This document shows positions 35,728 through 48,741 of a DNA stretch of 64,000 nucleotides, piece after piece (the stretch's first letter is position 1; each line of letters begins with the position of its first letter). The notes under the pieces are model-generated. The model was not told where the DNA came from and did not search any database. It was given only the letters and a program-made list of their open reading frames with translations. The position numbers were made by a program, and so were the translations under genes. This DNA is from Dimorphilus gyrociliatus (lineage: Eukaryota > Animalia > Annelida), in NCBI GenBank assembly GCA_904063045.1, contig CAJFCJ010000012.1, forward strand, positions 1,860,001 through 1,924,000, written 5' to 3'.

Positions 35728-37845
35728 ATGGATATTCTCAAAAGTCAAGCTCTCAAGATAGATTTTTCACCTTGCGCTGATGAATATGAATTAAATGATA
35801 CTATTGGAAGTGGTGCTTATGGAGTTGTCTGTTCAGCTATTCATAAACATACAAAAGCAAAGGTTGCAATAAAGAAAATATCAAAAATATCCGATCATAC
35901 TGAAATTGCACGGAGAACATTAAGAGAGTTGAAAATCTTACGTTATTTTAAGCACGAAAACGTAATATCCATAAGGAAATTAATGCAGCATAGTAAAGAT
36001 GGAAAGATATTTGATGTTTATATTGTTCTTGACTTTATGGATACAGATCTTCATAATCTTATTCAATCAAAGCAGGCTTTATCAATGGAGCATATTCGTT
36101 ATTTTCTTTATCAAATGTTATGCGGTCTAAAGTATATACATTCCGCCAGTGTTTTACACAGGGATTTAAAACCAAGCAATATACTTGTTAACGAAAATTG
36201 CCTATTAAAAATTGGTGATTTCGGTTTGGCTAGAGGATTGTCAAATAAAAATCTAGTCACAGATACAACAAACTTTCTCATGACACAATATGTGGCTACA
36301 AGATGGTATAGAGCTCCAGAACTCCTTTTGGGAACAACTCATTATACCTTTTCAGTAGATTTATGGAGTGTTGGATGCATACTTGCCGAAATGTTCCGTA
36401 GGAAACAACTTTTCCCCGGAAGGTCATTTCCTGAACAGTTAGATAAAGTTTTAACAACTACTGGATTGCCTCCAGAATCTATATTGAAACATGCTCCGGC
36501 AAACCTTCAAAATTTTATAAATGGTAAGTTTTTCGTTAAACATTTCCTTATGTTTCTTCTTTATAAACCGTTTGTTCTTTATAGATAGATATAAAAATCT
36601 CAAGCTAAAATCTCTGGAAACTGAAATACCAGTGATAGATCCTCTAGCTTTCGATTTATTAACTAAACTCTTAAAAAGCGATCCTGAGGAAAGACCGACA
36701 GCAATTGAATCGCTAAATCATCCGTTCTTGTCAAAATTGTACTCAAACGACGATCCACCTTGCAATCCGCCGTTTGATTTTTCTTTTGATAAACCGGTAA
36801 GTTCTGATAATTTTGCTGAATAAATATCAGTATTTTAAGCGTTTCTTTAATAAAATAGACTCTAACTAAAGAAGAAATGGTTAATGCCATTATGTCAGAA
36901 GTGAAATCGTACGAATTCAAATTTAACTTTACACCGAATCCCTTAAATTGCTTTAAAAAACCATCTGTCCCAAAAAAAGCCGAAGTACTTGAGAGGTCAT
37001 CAACCACGAAACTGGAACCTCAGGTTATAGAACCAACAACGCAGCCATCCACTTCAGACATCCATATGAATAGTGCAGGCGTTGGGAAGAAGGAAGAAGA
37101 CATAAATTGTTTTGCTGCTACTGCTGCTGTTGACTCAAAAATTGCTCTAAAAAAAGCAATACTAAGGAAACAAAAGAACAAAGAAACAGTCGTTGTTGAA
37201 AGTGACAATCCACAAAAGCCTATGACTGCTCATAGGAAGATGAGAGAACGTCAAATGAAGAGAGAAATACGAAAGAACAAGAATAAAAAAAAGCTGAAAG
37301 ATAAACACAAGACCGAGAAAAGTGCTAAAAGTCTTTTATCGGATGATGACAAAAAGTTATTGGAAAGATGGAATGCTATGCAAACGCGAAAAAATTCTGA
37401 TAAATCTCAAAGCTTTGATTTTCCACCTGATATTTCAGCTCCAGATGAAAGTATACACTCTGATATAGAAGAACTGGCAGTAATAAATAATATACCTTTG
37501 GCTCAAAATCAACCACCCGACGATAAATTCTCAGAGATCGCAACACAGCCTCAAGGAGAGATAACTGCGGATGCAGATACGCTCGATGACCAAGAAAATA
37601 TTGGTCTTTCAAATATCTACAGATCACTTTCAGAAGAGCAACTATCAATTCTTACTCGGCATTTACATATGGAAGATTTCAATCTAATGGATACTCCTAA
37701 AGGAACTGGTGATGGATACGGCATTGGCTTAGACTTAGATGCTCTATTGAATATGGTTCAATCTTTCACAGATTCTGGGAATATATCTCCTTTTCGATCG
37801 ATAGAATCAGAGGAACTGGGAAAAATTTTAGATGATTATAAGTAG
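35728..37845 (+). CDS. MAPK7: MAP kinase ERK5 with TQY activation motif and long C-terminal tail, 3 exons
   Basis: IGSGAYGVV, HRDLKPSN, DFGLARG, MTQYVATRWYRAPE. The basic TAHRKMRERQMKRE segment and the GDGYGIGLDLDALL tail resemble ERK5-specific regions. Confidence 0.88.
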
Positions 37846-38225
37846 CTAATCTAATTGTTTTGTTCGTTAAATTTAACGAGTATAATTGTTAACAGAGAGT
37901 ATTGGCATTATTCATTTTATGAGTTGAAAACTAAGAATAATGTTAACATTGTGTTATACTTTTTTTTGTTTTTTTTTTATATTCTTTAATGAACTAATCT
38001 TATAAATTGAATGAAAAATACAGTCTTTTCTCTTATTCAAGGAAAGTCTAGCTTCTATTTGGTAAATGCTTATAATAGAATAATTATACTTCAGTACGCC
38101 CTACTAAGTTCAGGATTTAGTATATAGCTAAAGGAGATAAATAACATCCGGTTTTATGTGAATAGTCTACTAAAGTAAGTGAAAAAATAGCAGCAAAATA
38201 TTTCCTTACCAGTTTTCTCTGAAAA

Positions 38226-39589
38226 ATGGAAAGCGCTGATCAATTCAAGTAACTAAAGAGTTCATAAACTAAATTATTTGTAAATCTTAGCTAATAATTC
38301 TATTTGTTAATAAAGAATTTTATACTTAATGTTATTTTTCCGTAATCTATAGAGCTGTTCAACCATTGCAATACTACAAGAGATTTTTGGTAAGTTTCCG
38401 AGTGATATTACACAAACAATTTATCCTTAGCACGTGTTGTGAAGAAAAATAAGCTATTATTTCAAAGATCTGTGAGAAAATTATTGTTCAACAGGATCAA
38501 AACATTCGTCCAGATGGGAGGCGTCTACAGGAAGCTCGAACAACAACTGTCAATGTTAATTTTTGCACACACGCAAACGGCTCTGCTATGGTTCGAATTG
38601 GTAATACTACAGTCTGTTGCGGAGTAAAAGCAGTAAGTTTAGTTAAAAAACTGAACTATCTTGCAGTTTTGTATCAATTATTTCAAAACTAAAGGAAATT
38701 ACAACGCCGAGTGTGACACAACCTAACGATGGAATAATAGTACCAAATGTAGATTTACCTCCTTTATGCTCTAGTGCTATTCAAAGTGGTCCACCAACAG
38801 ACTACGCTCAAACGTCTACAAAATTGATAGATGATATCTTGGTCAGGTAAATTAATTTATTTATATAATGAATTTATATATAATAAATTCTTAAAAACAA
38901 ATTGAATTCTTATTTTCAGCTCTAACTTGATTGAAAAAAAAGATTTATGTATAGTTCCATCAAAATACGTCTGGGTATTGTATTGCGATATAGTCTGCTT
39001 GGATCTAGATGGAAATTTAATAGACGCTTCACTTTTAAGTTTAATGGCAGCTCTGAAAAACAGTTGAGTTTTAAAAGTTTTTACTTTTAGTATTGCATTT
39101 AATCTATCAAAAAAAATCAAAAAATAGTAAAGTTACCAGTTGTAAGTGTGAATGAAAAAACTGGAAAATTAGAGTACGATCATGCTAAAACAACGTCTTT
39201 AACTCTTCGTGACGAACCTATAGCCACAACATTTGCAGCGTTTGATTCGTAAGTGTAGTTGAATCCATACAAAAAATGTTATGAACAATGTTTAAACATA
39301 TTCAAAACAGGGACGCAATCATCATGGATCCAACACTGGAAGAGGAGAATCTCTGTAATGGTTCATTTACTATCACATTAAATAAAGAAGATGATATTTG
39401 CAGTTTATTTAAACCAGGTGAAAAAGCAAAAGCATTTAATATAATATATTCATAATTATTAATATGACTTTCTGTTTGTAAATAGGAGGAACTGAACTAG
39501 ATAATCAAAAATTGCAAAATTGCTTAAAACATTGTAAACGACGTGTAAATTCCGTTAGAAGCTTAATGCAAAATGCTGTTTCAAGCTGA
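38226..39589 (+). CDS. EXOSC8: Exosome complex component RRP43, multi-exon
   Basis: [75 protein letters not shown]. Confidence 0.95.
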
Positions 39590-39670
39590 TAATTGTATAA
39601 TGTTTGGCAGTTGTAAATAATAATAACGAAACAAAGCAAAAAGGAAACAAAAGGAAATAAAAATATCTCG

Positions 39671-40264
39671 TTAATCCTTTAAAATAACATATTTGTCTTG
39701 TATTAATTTTTTATAACTAGCTATATACTTTCCAGCTTTTTTTGTATGCTGTAGTATAACATTTTCGACGAATGCTCTCTTTTCCATTAGGAATTCTGTA
39801 TCGAATTTCGAACATTCGGCGAATCGAATAAAATTCAACACAAAATCGAAACAATTTCTATTTGTTGACAAGTAGTTTTCCTTTTTCCAAACCGATCTAT
39901 TCCTATTTAAAAATTCCCCTATTAATTCGTCCAGATCGTTACAATCATCTAATGCAATTGATATACAATGATTCCACGTTTCATCCTCATTTAAACCGTT
40001 CTCGTCATAATGATAGACTCTCCCCATAGAATTAGTAAAGCCTATATGCAACGGTTTGTCGTTTGAATAGTCTGTTAAAAAATTTCCGAACGTAGGCCTT
40101 ATTACAATAGATTTCCCATTTGCCCTTTCAAAAGGTGATGGTAGTCTGAACAGCATAATTTGTAAAGTTATAATTTCACACTGACAAACTGGGCAGATCT
40201 TTGGCAACTCCAAACATAAAACCTTCTTTGTACAATGCTGAAAGCATTTTATCGGATTATTCAT
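39671..40264 (-). CDS. MKRN2OS: MKRN2 opposite strand protein-like, intronless, 197 aa
   Basis: FQHC..CPVCQ..PSPF..IRPTFGNFL..LHIGFTNSMGRVYHYD..NCFDF. Confidence 0.85.
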   Translation of the reverse strand: MNNPIKCFQHCTKKVLCLELPKICPVCQCEIITLQIMLFRLPSPFERANGKSIVIRPTFGNFLTDYSNDKPLHIGFTNSMGRVYHYDENGLNEDETWNHCISIALDDCNDLDELIGEFLNRNRSVWKKENYLSTNRNCFDFVLNFIRFAECSKFDTEFLMEKRAFVENVILQHTKKAGKYIASYKKLIQDKYVILKD

Positions 40265-41055
40265 ATTACATCACACGTATAATAAACATCCATGTAATCA
40301 TATACAACACAGATATTCGTTTTAAGCAGTGTCAAGGGCGTTTAAGGCCTTCTTCGGCACTCTTCTATTCTTGAATCTATATATATATATGCTAAAATGT
40401 CTATATATCACTATATATAAATATATACAGTATTAAGCAGCTAATTATAGGCCTAAACTCTAATCATCACCAGGTGTCGTTTAGACTATGAGGTAAAAAC
40501 AGAGGGAGTCAGCGACTTCTGTCGGTGAGCGGTGGAATTACAACAAGTTTGAACAGAGACAACTTTTAGCGACTTGTACAACAGGGAAAGAGGATGAAGA
40601 ATAAGAATTAAGGAAATAGCCCAAAGATAGAAATGACAACTGCACCAAGAAGTAGAAGAAGAAAGACGTCAAAGAACTCTTCTCCGGTAATTAGATTTAA
40701 AAACATTATTTCTATGACTGTTTTTTTAATAGCTGTTAAAATAAGTAGACTATTGATTATAAAAACACGAGCGTTATCGCACTTCGGATTTGTTTATACG
40801 CGTTTCCATAACAACTACGGCCGTATTGCAGATCTGCAGTTTAGAATCGTCAACTAAAATAATTAATAAGAAAGTTGTCCGTGTACATAACCCCTATAGA
40901 AAAAGACATAATTAGACCGATCACTGGGAATTATTGATTGACTACGCAAACGTTCGCCAAATAGATTTTATTTCGATCAATAATATAAAAAAAGCGGCAA
41001 ATTCCTTGCGTATCTTGACTCTTTTGAAAGCGAGGGGTAGATCACGTGATGTAAA

Positions 41056-44000
41056 ATGGAAGATGCTTTAATTCAGTGGAGAATCAGGGAGAGGGAACTT
41101 TTGTTCGCTTGTCTCCACGTAACGGTATGATAGCTATAGCAATTATCCATACTTGCATAAATCATTAGGAATGGGGTTAAAGATTATATATTTTTCAAAT
41201 TGTATCAATCAGTCGATACGTAAAAGATTAGTTAATTATTTATTTACAACACGTCAATATATTCTGCGTGCAGATAGAGGCAAGGGATGGAGAAATCAGA
41301 GACGCCTTCGACGATTTACTAAGAACAAATTCCGTAGAACTCGCCAGTTTAAGATCAAGGAATCATTCAAACGAACGCCAAATCAGTCGTTTATCGACCG
41401 AAATTGAATACCTGCAGCAGAGAAATGAAGACTTGCAAAGACGGGTGAATAATAAATATTCGATCGAATTTATCTTTTGTTATTAGTGTTACTTTATTAT
41501 TTCATAGCTCGACGAAGCGGCTATAAAGACCGGCTCTCTAGAGCGGGATAAAGAGACGGTTATCAGAACGGCAGATATGGAATTATATGATGCGAAAAGT
41601 GAATTAGATAGGACTAGGAAAGAACAAGAAATTTTGGATAATGAAATTCGCCATATGAAAGCAGTAAAATTTTATTTATTTTCTACCTTTTAATTCAGTT
41701 ATATCAATTAATAGTCAATGAATAGTATATAACTTATATCCAATAGGAAAGGGCTGCCCTTATTTCTGAAATGGACGATTCGAAGTCGCAGCTCGGAGAG
41801 GAGATTGCTCAACTAAGAGAGCTTTTAAGTAAGGCTCACACCGATAAGAAAAAGTTAAGTAGCCGTATCACAAAGCTGACAAATAATGGTTAGTCTTTCT
41901 TTATTCTCTCTGTCAATATCATATCGGAAGGAAATAATAAATCATTAATTACAGAGAGAGAGTTGGTATTAGAGATTGATAGGCTTAAACACAGAAGTTC
42001 GTCTGTTAAGAATGGTAAAAAGACGAATAAGCATGTGGAAAATTTAATCAAATGCTTAGAAGAAGAGAGGAATTATTGGAAAAGCGAAGCGGATGGATTA
42101 AGCAAGCTCTTGAAACTGGGAGGAACTGTTCGATCACGTTCGATTTCACCCTCGAGGAAGGGTTCAACAAAAGCATTACAAGAAGTATGTATTGCTACAA
42201 TACTACTTTTATCCTATTCATTACAGTGTTTTTTTCAAGCTAATAACTATTTTGTTTTCTATAGGCTTTACAAACTGCTGAGGAAGAGAGAAACCACTTC
42301 AGAAGAGAATGCGATCTCTTAAAAGCTATGCGTAGATCCCCATCCCCTACTAGACGATCCCAATCTAAAACAACCTCCAATGAAATTAATAACGAATTTG
42401 ATAAAATGAAAAAGGAGAGGGATGAACTCCAATTGCTTCTTGATAAATTCGAAAGACACATGGCCGAAATTCAGTCGAATGTTAAGGTGCTAACTTCAGA
42501 AAGAGATAAATTAGCTGGAATGTATAAGGAATCAAAACAAGAATTAGGTACATTTTTTTGCAGTTTTTTGCTGTTGAATCCTGCAATTTTTTTTAATTGC
42601 TGTTTCTTTTGTACGGTATATAAAATTTATAATTCATTCTCTCATACATGTTTTTATAGACCGTCTACGCAGAGATGTTGTCAGATCTACAAAATCCGCC
42701 AAATCATCCATAGCAGTGCAAAACGTTCTACATAGAGTAGAATCCGAAAGAGGTTCCGTGTTCATTATTTTGTTAATATATGTTGATTTATGTTTCCTTT
42801 AACGAATAGATAGCGCCTTAACGGAATTAAGACGTATGACCACTGAGAGAGATTCTTTAAGAGAACGCCTAAAAATTGCTACTGAAACTCATTTGTCGGA
42901 CCGTGCACATTTGGAACAGAAAGTAGATGATTTAGAATCGGCAATGAGAGCCTCAGAATTGGATAAGGACGAAGCCATAAATCGTTTGAAATCTATGCAA
43001 GACGTCATTGACGCTGTTGAAGCAAAAGTTCGCGTTGAAGGAGAAGCGTCGGCAACTCATAAAGCGACTGCTACTCAAATGAGACTAATTGCCGAAAAGG
43101 CAGAAAGAGCCGCTCACGATGCTCAAAGACAATTGGCTAAATACGAAAGCGAAGTTAGAGCATCCCGTGAAAAAATCGCCGATTTGGAGGCCGAAGCTGT
43201 TAGTCTTAGGCGGCAAGTCAGCGGAGAAAGAGAACAAGCTAAAACCCTTCATTCGACTGTGGTTGCTGGAAAGAGAGATAACGATAGACTGAGGGAAGAA
43301 GTTACCCAATACAGTCTTGAAGTCGAAGCAAAAGATAAGGCAATGATTGAAAATAGAAGACTTATTAACGAATTAGAGTCTCAATTAGATCGCTACAAAG
43401 GTGAGTTTAAAGCTCACGAAGAAGAAATAAACGATTTAAGAAGGAAGAAAAATGAATTTGGAGACGAAATTTCCATTGTTAAAAGATCTAGAGAAGAGCT
43501 AAGCAGAGAAAATCGTAAACTAGTTGAGGAATTGCACGCAACGAAAGAAGAATTAAGACAAGTACAAGCCCAATTGGAAGAGGCTGACGCCGACGAACAA
43601 GAATTAAAAGATCAAATACAAGGTTACGTTGCCGAAGTAAAAAGAGTCGAAGATCTGCTCAATTCAAAAGAACAACAGAGAAACGATTTATTGGAACAAT
43701 TTAAGTATGGAAAATATCCGTCTAATTGTTACAAATAATAATATAATAAAAAATTCATTGTATTATATAATTTATTCATTTCTGAAATAACAAATAGAAC
43801 AATGAGTGCCAGTGCCGAACGTTATGAAACTGCAACCCACGAATTACAAAGCCAAAGCTCGTCTTTAAGATTGGAATTGACTACAAGAGACGCCGAAATA
43901 AGACGTTACAAAGATCGTGCGGAAGAGGCTGAACGCCAATTAGCCGAATGCTCTAGATCAGAGAATGCTTACCAAACTCAGGTATCTTTTACAAACTTTT

Positions 44001-44693
44001 CCCTTTTAATAGTCTTCTATAAAAGTTTGTTTTTTTTTCCACAATCAAGATTAACAGTCTAACGAAATCAGTTGCGCAATTAGAGGAAAGTTTACGTAGG
44101 GGAGAGACTGAAAAACGTTACTTAAGTAACGATTTATCGGCCGTACGTGATATATGCGGAAAATCGGAGCTATCAAAAGATCAAATAGCTCGTCAGTTTG
44201 CAAGATCGCAAACTCAACACGCTGAATTAGCAAGAACTGTGGAAGATTTGAAATCTGAAAACAATGATTTAAAAGATCAACTGGGCTCCAGCCACGAAGC
44301 TATCTCGAAATTAGAAGATTTAATTCATTCAAACAAGGATAGAGATTTTCAGAATAAAATAGCTCACCAGGAAGCTGAATCTGAAATAAACTTGCTAAAA
44401 GATAGGCTGAATTTGAATGAAAGCAAAGTGTAAAGTTCCCTTTATTTACTCTTGTCGAATGAATTTTCACTTTTCTCTTTCTTTTAATTAGGGACAGTCA
44501 AAATAGGGAATTGAATGCTCTGAGATCAAAGAACATACAGGTAGAAGCGGAAGTTGATAAGCTGAGAAGACAATTAACGAACGAAAGATTCGAAAAGGAA
44601 CGTGCCGCTCAAGAACTAAGACGTCATGGTATTGCACCACCGGGCGAAAGATTGCAATTGCGAACAATAAATGGAAATCCATTAAGCTACTAA
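41056..44693 (+). CDS. CEP135: CEP135/TSGA10-family centriolar coiled-coil protein, apparently lacking the N-terminal ~230 residues
   Basis: ERDELQLLLDKFERHMAEIQSNVKVLTSERDKL and KLRRQLTNERFEKERAAQELRRHG match CEP135. The first exon (41056-41118/41124) is tentative. Confidence 0.85.
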
Positions 44694-45333
44694 CATACTG
44701 TAAACTTTGATAATACCAACTAATTTTCCCAAGTTAATTCATACTATCTTCAATTTTTCAGCTCAAAAACAAAAATGGATGCCGAAAGTTTTACTGTGAT
44801 AATTAATTTATTATTTAAAAAAAGGAGACTTAAAAAAATTCCGTCCAGAACGAAAAAAGAAGATTTCTTTTTTTTCAAGAAAAAAATAATTGCGCTTTAC
44901 CAGTTTTTCTTTTTTTGTTTTTGATCCATTTGTTTTTTTCTGAACCATACTAATTCTGAACTATCATTCAATTTTATTAGTAATTTGTATTGCTTTTTAC
45001 TTTTGATTACGATGTGCTATTGCTCTGTAGAGAATAACGGAAAGTAGAAACAAAATTTTAGCAGTTGGTGTCGGTGTTTTTTTTGTTTGATCTTGTTAAA
45101 TTAGACGTATTTTAAAAAAGAAATTGGTTTCGAATTTAAGAAACAAAAGTTGGAGCACTTTTGCACAAAAATGAAAAACTGTGAAAGAAAATAATACATT
45201 TAAATGAGAAAACAAAGATAGTTTCTTTCTTTCTTTCATTGATTTATTGATTAATAAAATTGAATACAAACAAAGACCTGGAAACAATTTTACAGTAAGA
45301 AAAATATCAACTTTACAATTACTTTTAACAAAG

Positions 45334-45348
45334 AGCGCCATCTAGCGG
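45334..45348 (-). promoter_or_regulatory. CTCF-type motif CCGCTAGATGGCGCT
   Basis: Strong match to the CTCF core consensus, located between the convergent CEP135 and Ly6-like genes. Confidence 0.55.
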
Positions 45349-45365
45349 TTTTACAAATTCATAAT

Positions 45366-46609
45366 TCAAAGAATCAAGCATAGGAAGATAATTGAAATTG
45401 AATAAAATATACTAGTTAATTGTAGACTGTTAGCGGAGTTGCAGTTTTTTCCGCTGCAAATGCATACAACTGATGTAGCTCCATCACCGCCATCGCTATT
45501 GCATTCATTATTCGTTTTTGGCCCAGTGTAGCATCCTCTAGCAACTAATTGATATTCTGTAACAGAAAGGAATAGAATCACCTTGATTGTTATCTTTTAT
45601 AATTGGAATAAATAGAAATACAAACTGTTTGTATGGTATTTAGTTTTAACGCAGTTGGTTGATTGGCATTTTGTTGCATTTTGTGGAGCGGTAAAAACGT
45701 CTGCACACCAAGGATCTTTCAACGACCAACAGCTATAACAATCCCCAGCTTGGCCTTGAAAAAGAGAGAACACATTAAAGATTATTTAGGCAACAGTGGA
45801 AGAAGATATTCATGAAAAAATATTAAAACCTGGTTTGGAGCAGGCGTTACTTGTGGTGGCCACTATAGATGATTGTAGAATTGAAAAGTATGTTTTGATT
45901 TGACCACTTAAACCAGTCTGACAAGCACCTAATTCCCTCTTGAAACATGATTCAATCTTTTGAGCATCGGAACATGATGATAAAACACCTTCGCAAGTTT
46001 TCAATTTTTTATGGCAATCTGAAAAAAATAATTATTAGAAAAACATCTCATTTCGTGGTCGTATCGTAATCTTACCGGAATTTGTATTACATAGTCTCGA
46101 TTCTAAATCTTTAACAGTTACAACAGATATGGTTGAATTTGAACAGGGTTCATACCCTTCAAGACAGCTTATAAATCGCTTTGAAATTCCGCATACCGAA
46201 GTCATAATAATCTCATTTTTTATGACTTTATCAATATCAATCTTGTACGAAACACTGCATTGAAGTTGCTTATCCGCGCAGTCTAATTTAAATATTTTAA
46301 TTTAAAAGGATTAAGAACGGAGACAATTAATTATAATATTACGCTGGTGTCAGCATAATTATTCATAAAGAATTTATTGATTTTTGTCAACAATGAACAA
46401 ACCTTGAGCAGAGACAATTTCAACCTTTGAAAGAAGTTGTACAATAATATCTGTAAAGAAACATATTGTCTATAAATCCATGTAAATTCTAGTTTAATAT
46501 TGACTATCGTCCATTTATTAATTATGATTTAGCATTGAATTATTTAAGGAAATCCGTCTAACTTACGCAGTATAAAGATCCTTCTTGTTGCCATGTTTGA
46601 CAACACCAT
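45366..46609 (-). CDS. Secreted, probably GPI-anchored protein: signal peptide, two Cys-rich modules, Ly6/uPAR (quiver/sleepless-like) domain; 6 coding exons
   Basis: Spliced MVLSNMATRRIFILHIIVQLLSKVEIVSA|Q.. then CADKQLQC..CLEGYEPC.., CHKKLKTC..CFKRELGAC.., CYSCWSLKDPWCAD..C..C..RGC..VCICSGKNCN and a hydrophobic tail. Confidence 0.75.
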
Positions 46610-47086
46610 GGACTTAACTAAATATACGAAAGGTTTTTCATATTCTGATCAATAGCCACAGTTTGATTATCGCCTTACCAGATTTATTTCAAAACTACTC
46701 TGCTTGGATTCCCAGAAACTATACTGAATATATATTAAAGTGTTATGAATATTTAAATGATATTAAGGTATTGGAAAATTAATTATAATAATACTTTCTA
46801 TCGTTTTCATAAGTGATATAATTAATTTATTTTTCTCCTCTATTTGTTTTTTATCAAAGAGTGAAGAATAATCAATTAGCTATTGAGAGTCTCTTTTGAA
46901 TTACTTAAATTTTTATGATCTTATTTAAACGAATACTGCTAATAGTATTAGTCTCCCGCAAAAAACAATAATTAAAGATTCTGAGAGATTAAAGCATGCG
47001 CGGTTATTATTCTAAATGCAGACGTAGATATTTCAAAGGTCAAGGTTTTTTGATACGTTTCCGGCAGGACGTGTAGGTTTTCGAAA

Positions 47087-48174
47087 ATGTCTAGGGGTGG
47101 TTTATCGGAACATTTAAACGAAAATGAATTGGATTTGTCCATGTTACAATACGAAGTTGTTCCGGTTAAGGAAATAGTTAAGTTTTTATAAAAAAACTAT
47201 AGAGGATTCCTTAAATATCTACTTTTTTTCTTTATCAGGTTGCAGTAAAAAAGGCTACTCAACTAGATTTATCGGCTAATTCTATTAGAGAATTACCGCA
47301 AACTTTTGCTTCAAGCTTAACAAGACTAGTCAAATTGGACTTGAGTAAGAATCGCTTGGAAATTCTGCCCGATAATATAAATCTATTGCAGAACCTGCAT
47401 ACGCTAGACTTATATGCTAATCGTTTAACTTCGTTACCCGTATCTATTTTTGAAATGAAAAATTTAAAGTGGTTAGATTTGAAGGACAATCCTTTGAATG
47501 CTGAGCTAAAAGCTGTCGCCGGTGATTGCCTTGATAAGAAGGAGTGTGAAAGGTGCGCAAAAGACGTTCGAGAATATTATGCGAATGTTAACGTTGAATT
47601 AGAAAAGAAGAAAGTCAAAAAATTGAAAAAAGAGAGGAAGAGAGAAGCTCTTAGAAATAGGTTGGAAGAAGAGGAAGCTAAAAAGAAGAAAGAAATTCAA
47701 AAATTAGAAAAAGAACGTAGGAGACAAGAGTTCCTACGTAAAAAAGAAGAAAATACGAAATCTGAAGGTTTGTTATATATTTTATAAAATGGAAAACAAA
47801 TAGAATTGTGTGTTTCTTCTTGTTTTTATTATATAGATATGTATATTGGCTATTTATAATATTTTACCATATTGCTTTTAATTTTTTTCATCTTTCTTAT
47901 TGTTTCTACAGAGAAAAATAACAAGGATGTTACTGAAAATGAAACAAAGACTGAGAAAGATACCAATTCTGATCAGCCCAAGATAAAACCTTCAAAGAGA
48001 AATAATTCTGAAAGTTTTACACTGAAATCGATATTTGTTATCTTTCTGGTGGCGTTAATTTCACTTCTAGTTAGCCTTTGGTTCTACTGTAGTAATTACA
48101 ATGATATTCTCTGTACGGAGGGAAAATATTGGATAGAAATGTATTGGAAGAAATTGCAATTGAAATTGAAATAA
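47087..48174 (+). CDS. LRRC59: Leucine-rich repeat-containing protein 59 (LRR, coiled coil, C-terminal TM)
   Basis: ELDLSMLQYEVVPVKEI, LVKLDLSKN, LDLYANRLTSLPVS, LKWLDLKDNPL..VAGDCLDKKECERCA, TM IFVIFLVALISLLVSLWFYC. Confidence 0.92.
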
Positions 48175-48192
48175 AGAAGAACTTACCACGTT

Positions 48193-48266
48193 CCCTCTCT
48201 CTTTCTTTCTTTCTTTCTTTCTTTCTATTTCTGTTAATCTGTCCCTTTTTCTTTCTTTTTTTCTCT
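48193..48266. repeat. (CT)n/(CTTT)n pyrimidine-rich microsatellite
   Basis: CTCTCTCTTTCTTTCTTTCTTTCTTTC... just downstream of the LRRC59 stop. Confidence 0.7.
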
Positions 48267-48730
48267 GATTCGGCAGTCATTTACGAGACCGGCCTGGTCT
48301 TTGCACTGTGGTCATTTCTTGTTTTATCATTTGACAACAGTACAAAGCCAGACTGGGCACGCAAACTTTAAAATAAAAAAAATAACAGAAAAACACCAAT
48401 TTTTCTCGTTCAAAAGAACTTTTTTGGACCAAAATCGGCGATAAAATTTTGTAGGTATTTGACAAATACTATTGTAGATAGGGCCACGGACGATTTGGGG
48501 TATTGCCAGACGTTCTTTGAAGCTTTAAACAGTCAACGAACATCTCACAAAACCTGCCCGTCCGCTGCAAATCCAAGCCATCGAATGAGGAGAGAAGCAT
48601 CAGCCACCCGTATATATATGTATAAATATCTAAATTCATCGCGCATTAGTCGTTCAGTGCAACAGCTTGAGCTTTAGTCGGACGCCTAATTAGATTAATC
48701 GGATTTCAGAGAGCGAATATAATTTTCTTG

Positions 48731-48741
48731 TTGGCGGGAAA
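48731..48741. promoter_or_regulatory. E2F-type site TTGGCGGGAAA
   Basis: Exact match to the E2F consensus (TTTCCCGCCAA on the minus strand) inside a GC-richer non-coding block. Confidence 0.35.

Noticed and set aside
40516-40529. CTTCTGTCGGTGAG resembles part of U11 snRNA
   Set aside because: It lacks the 5' AAAAAGGG splice-site-pairing end and a downstream Sm site; only a short chance match.
40633-40857. ORF starting MTTA, like human CEP135 (MTTAVERK)
   Set aside because: No similarity beyond four residues, and every splice option I tried ends in a stop before the CEP135 exons.
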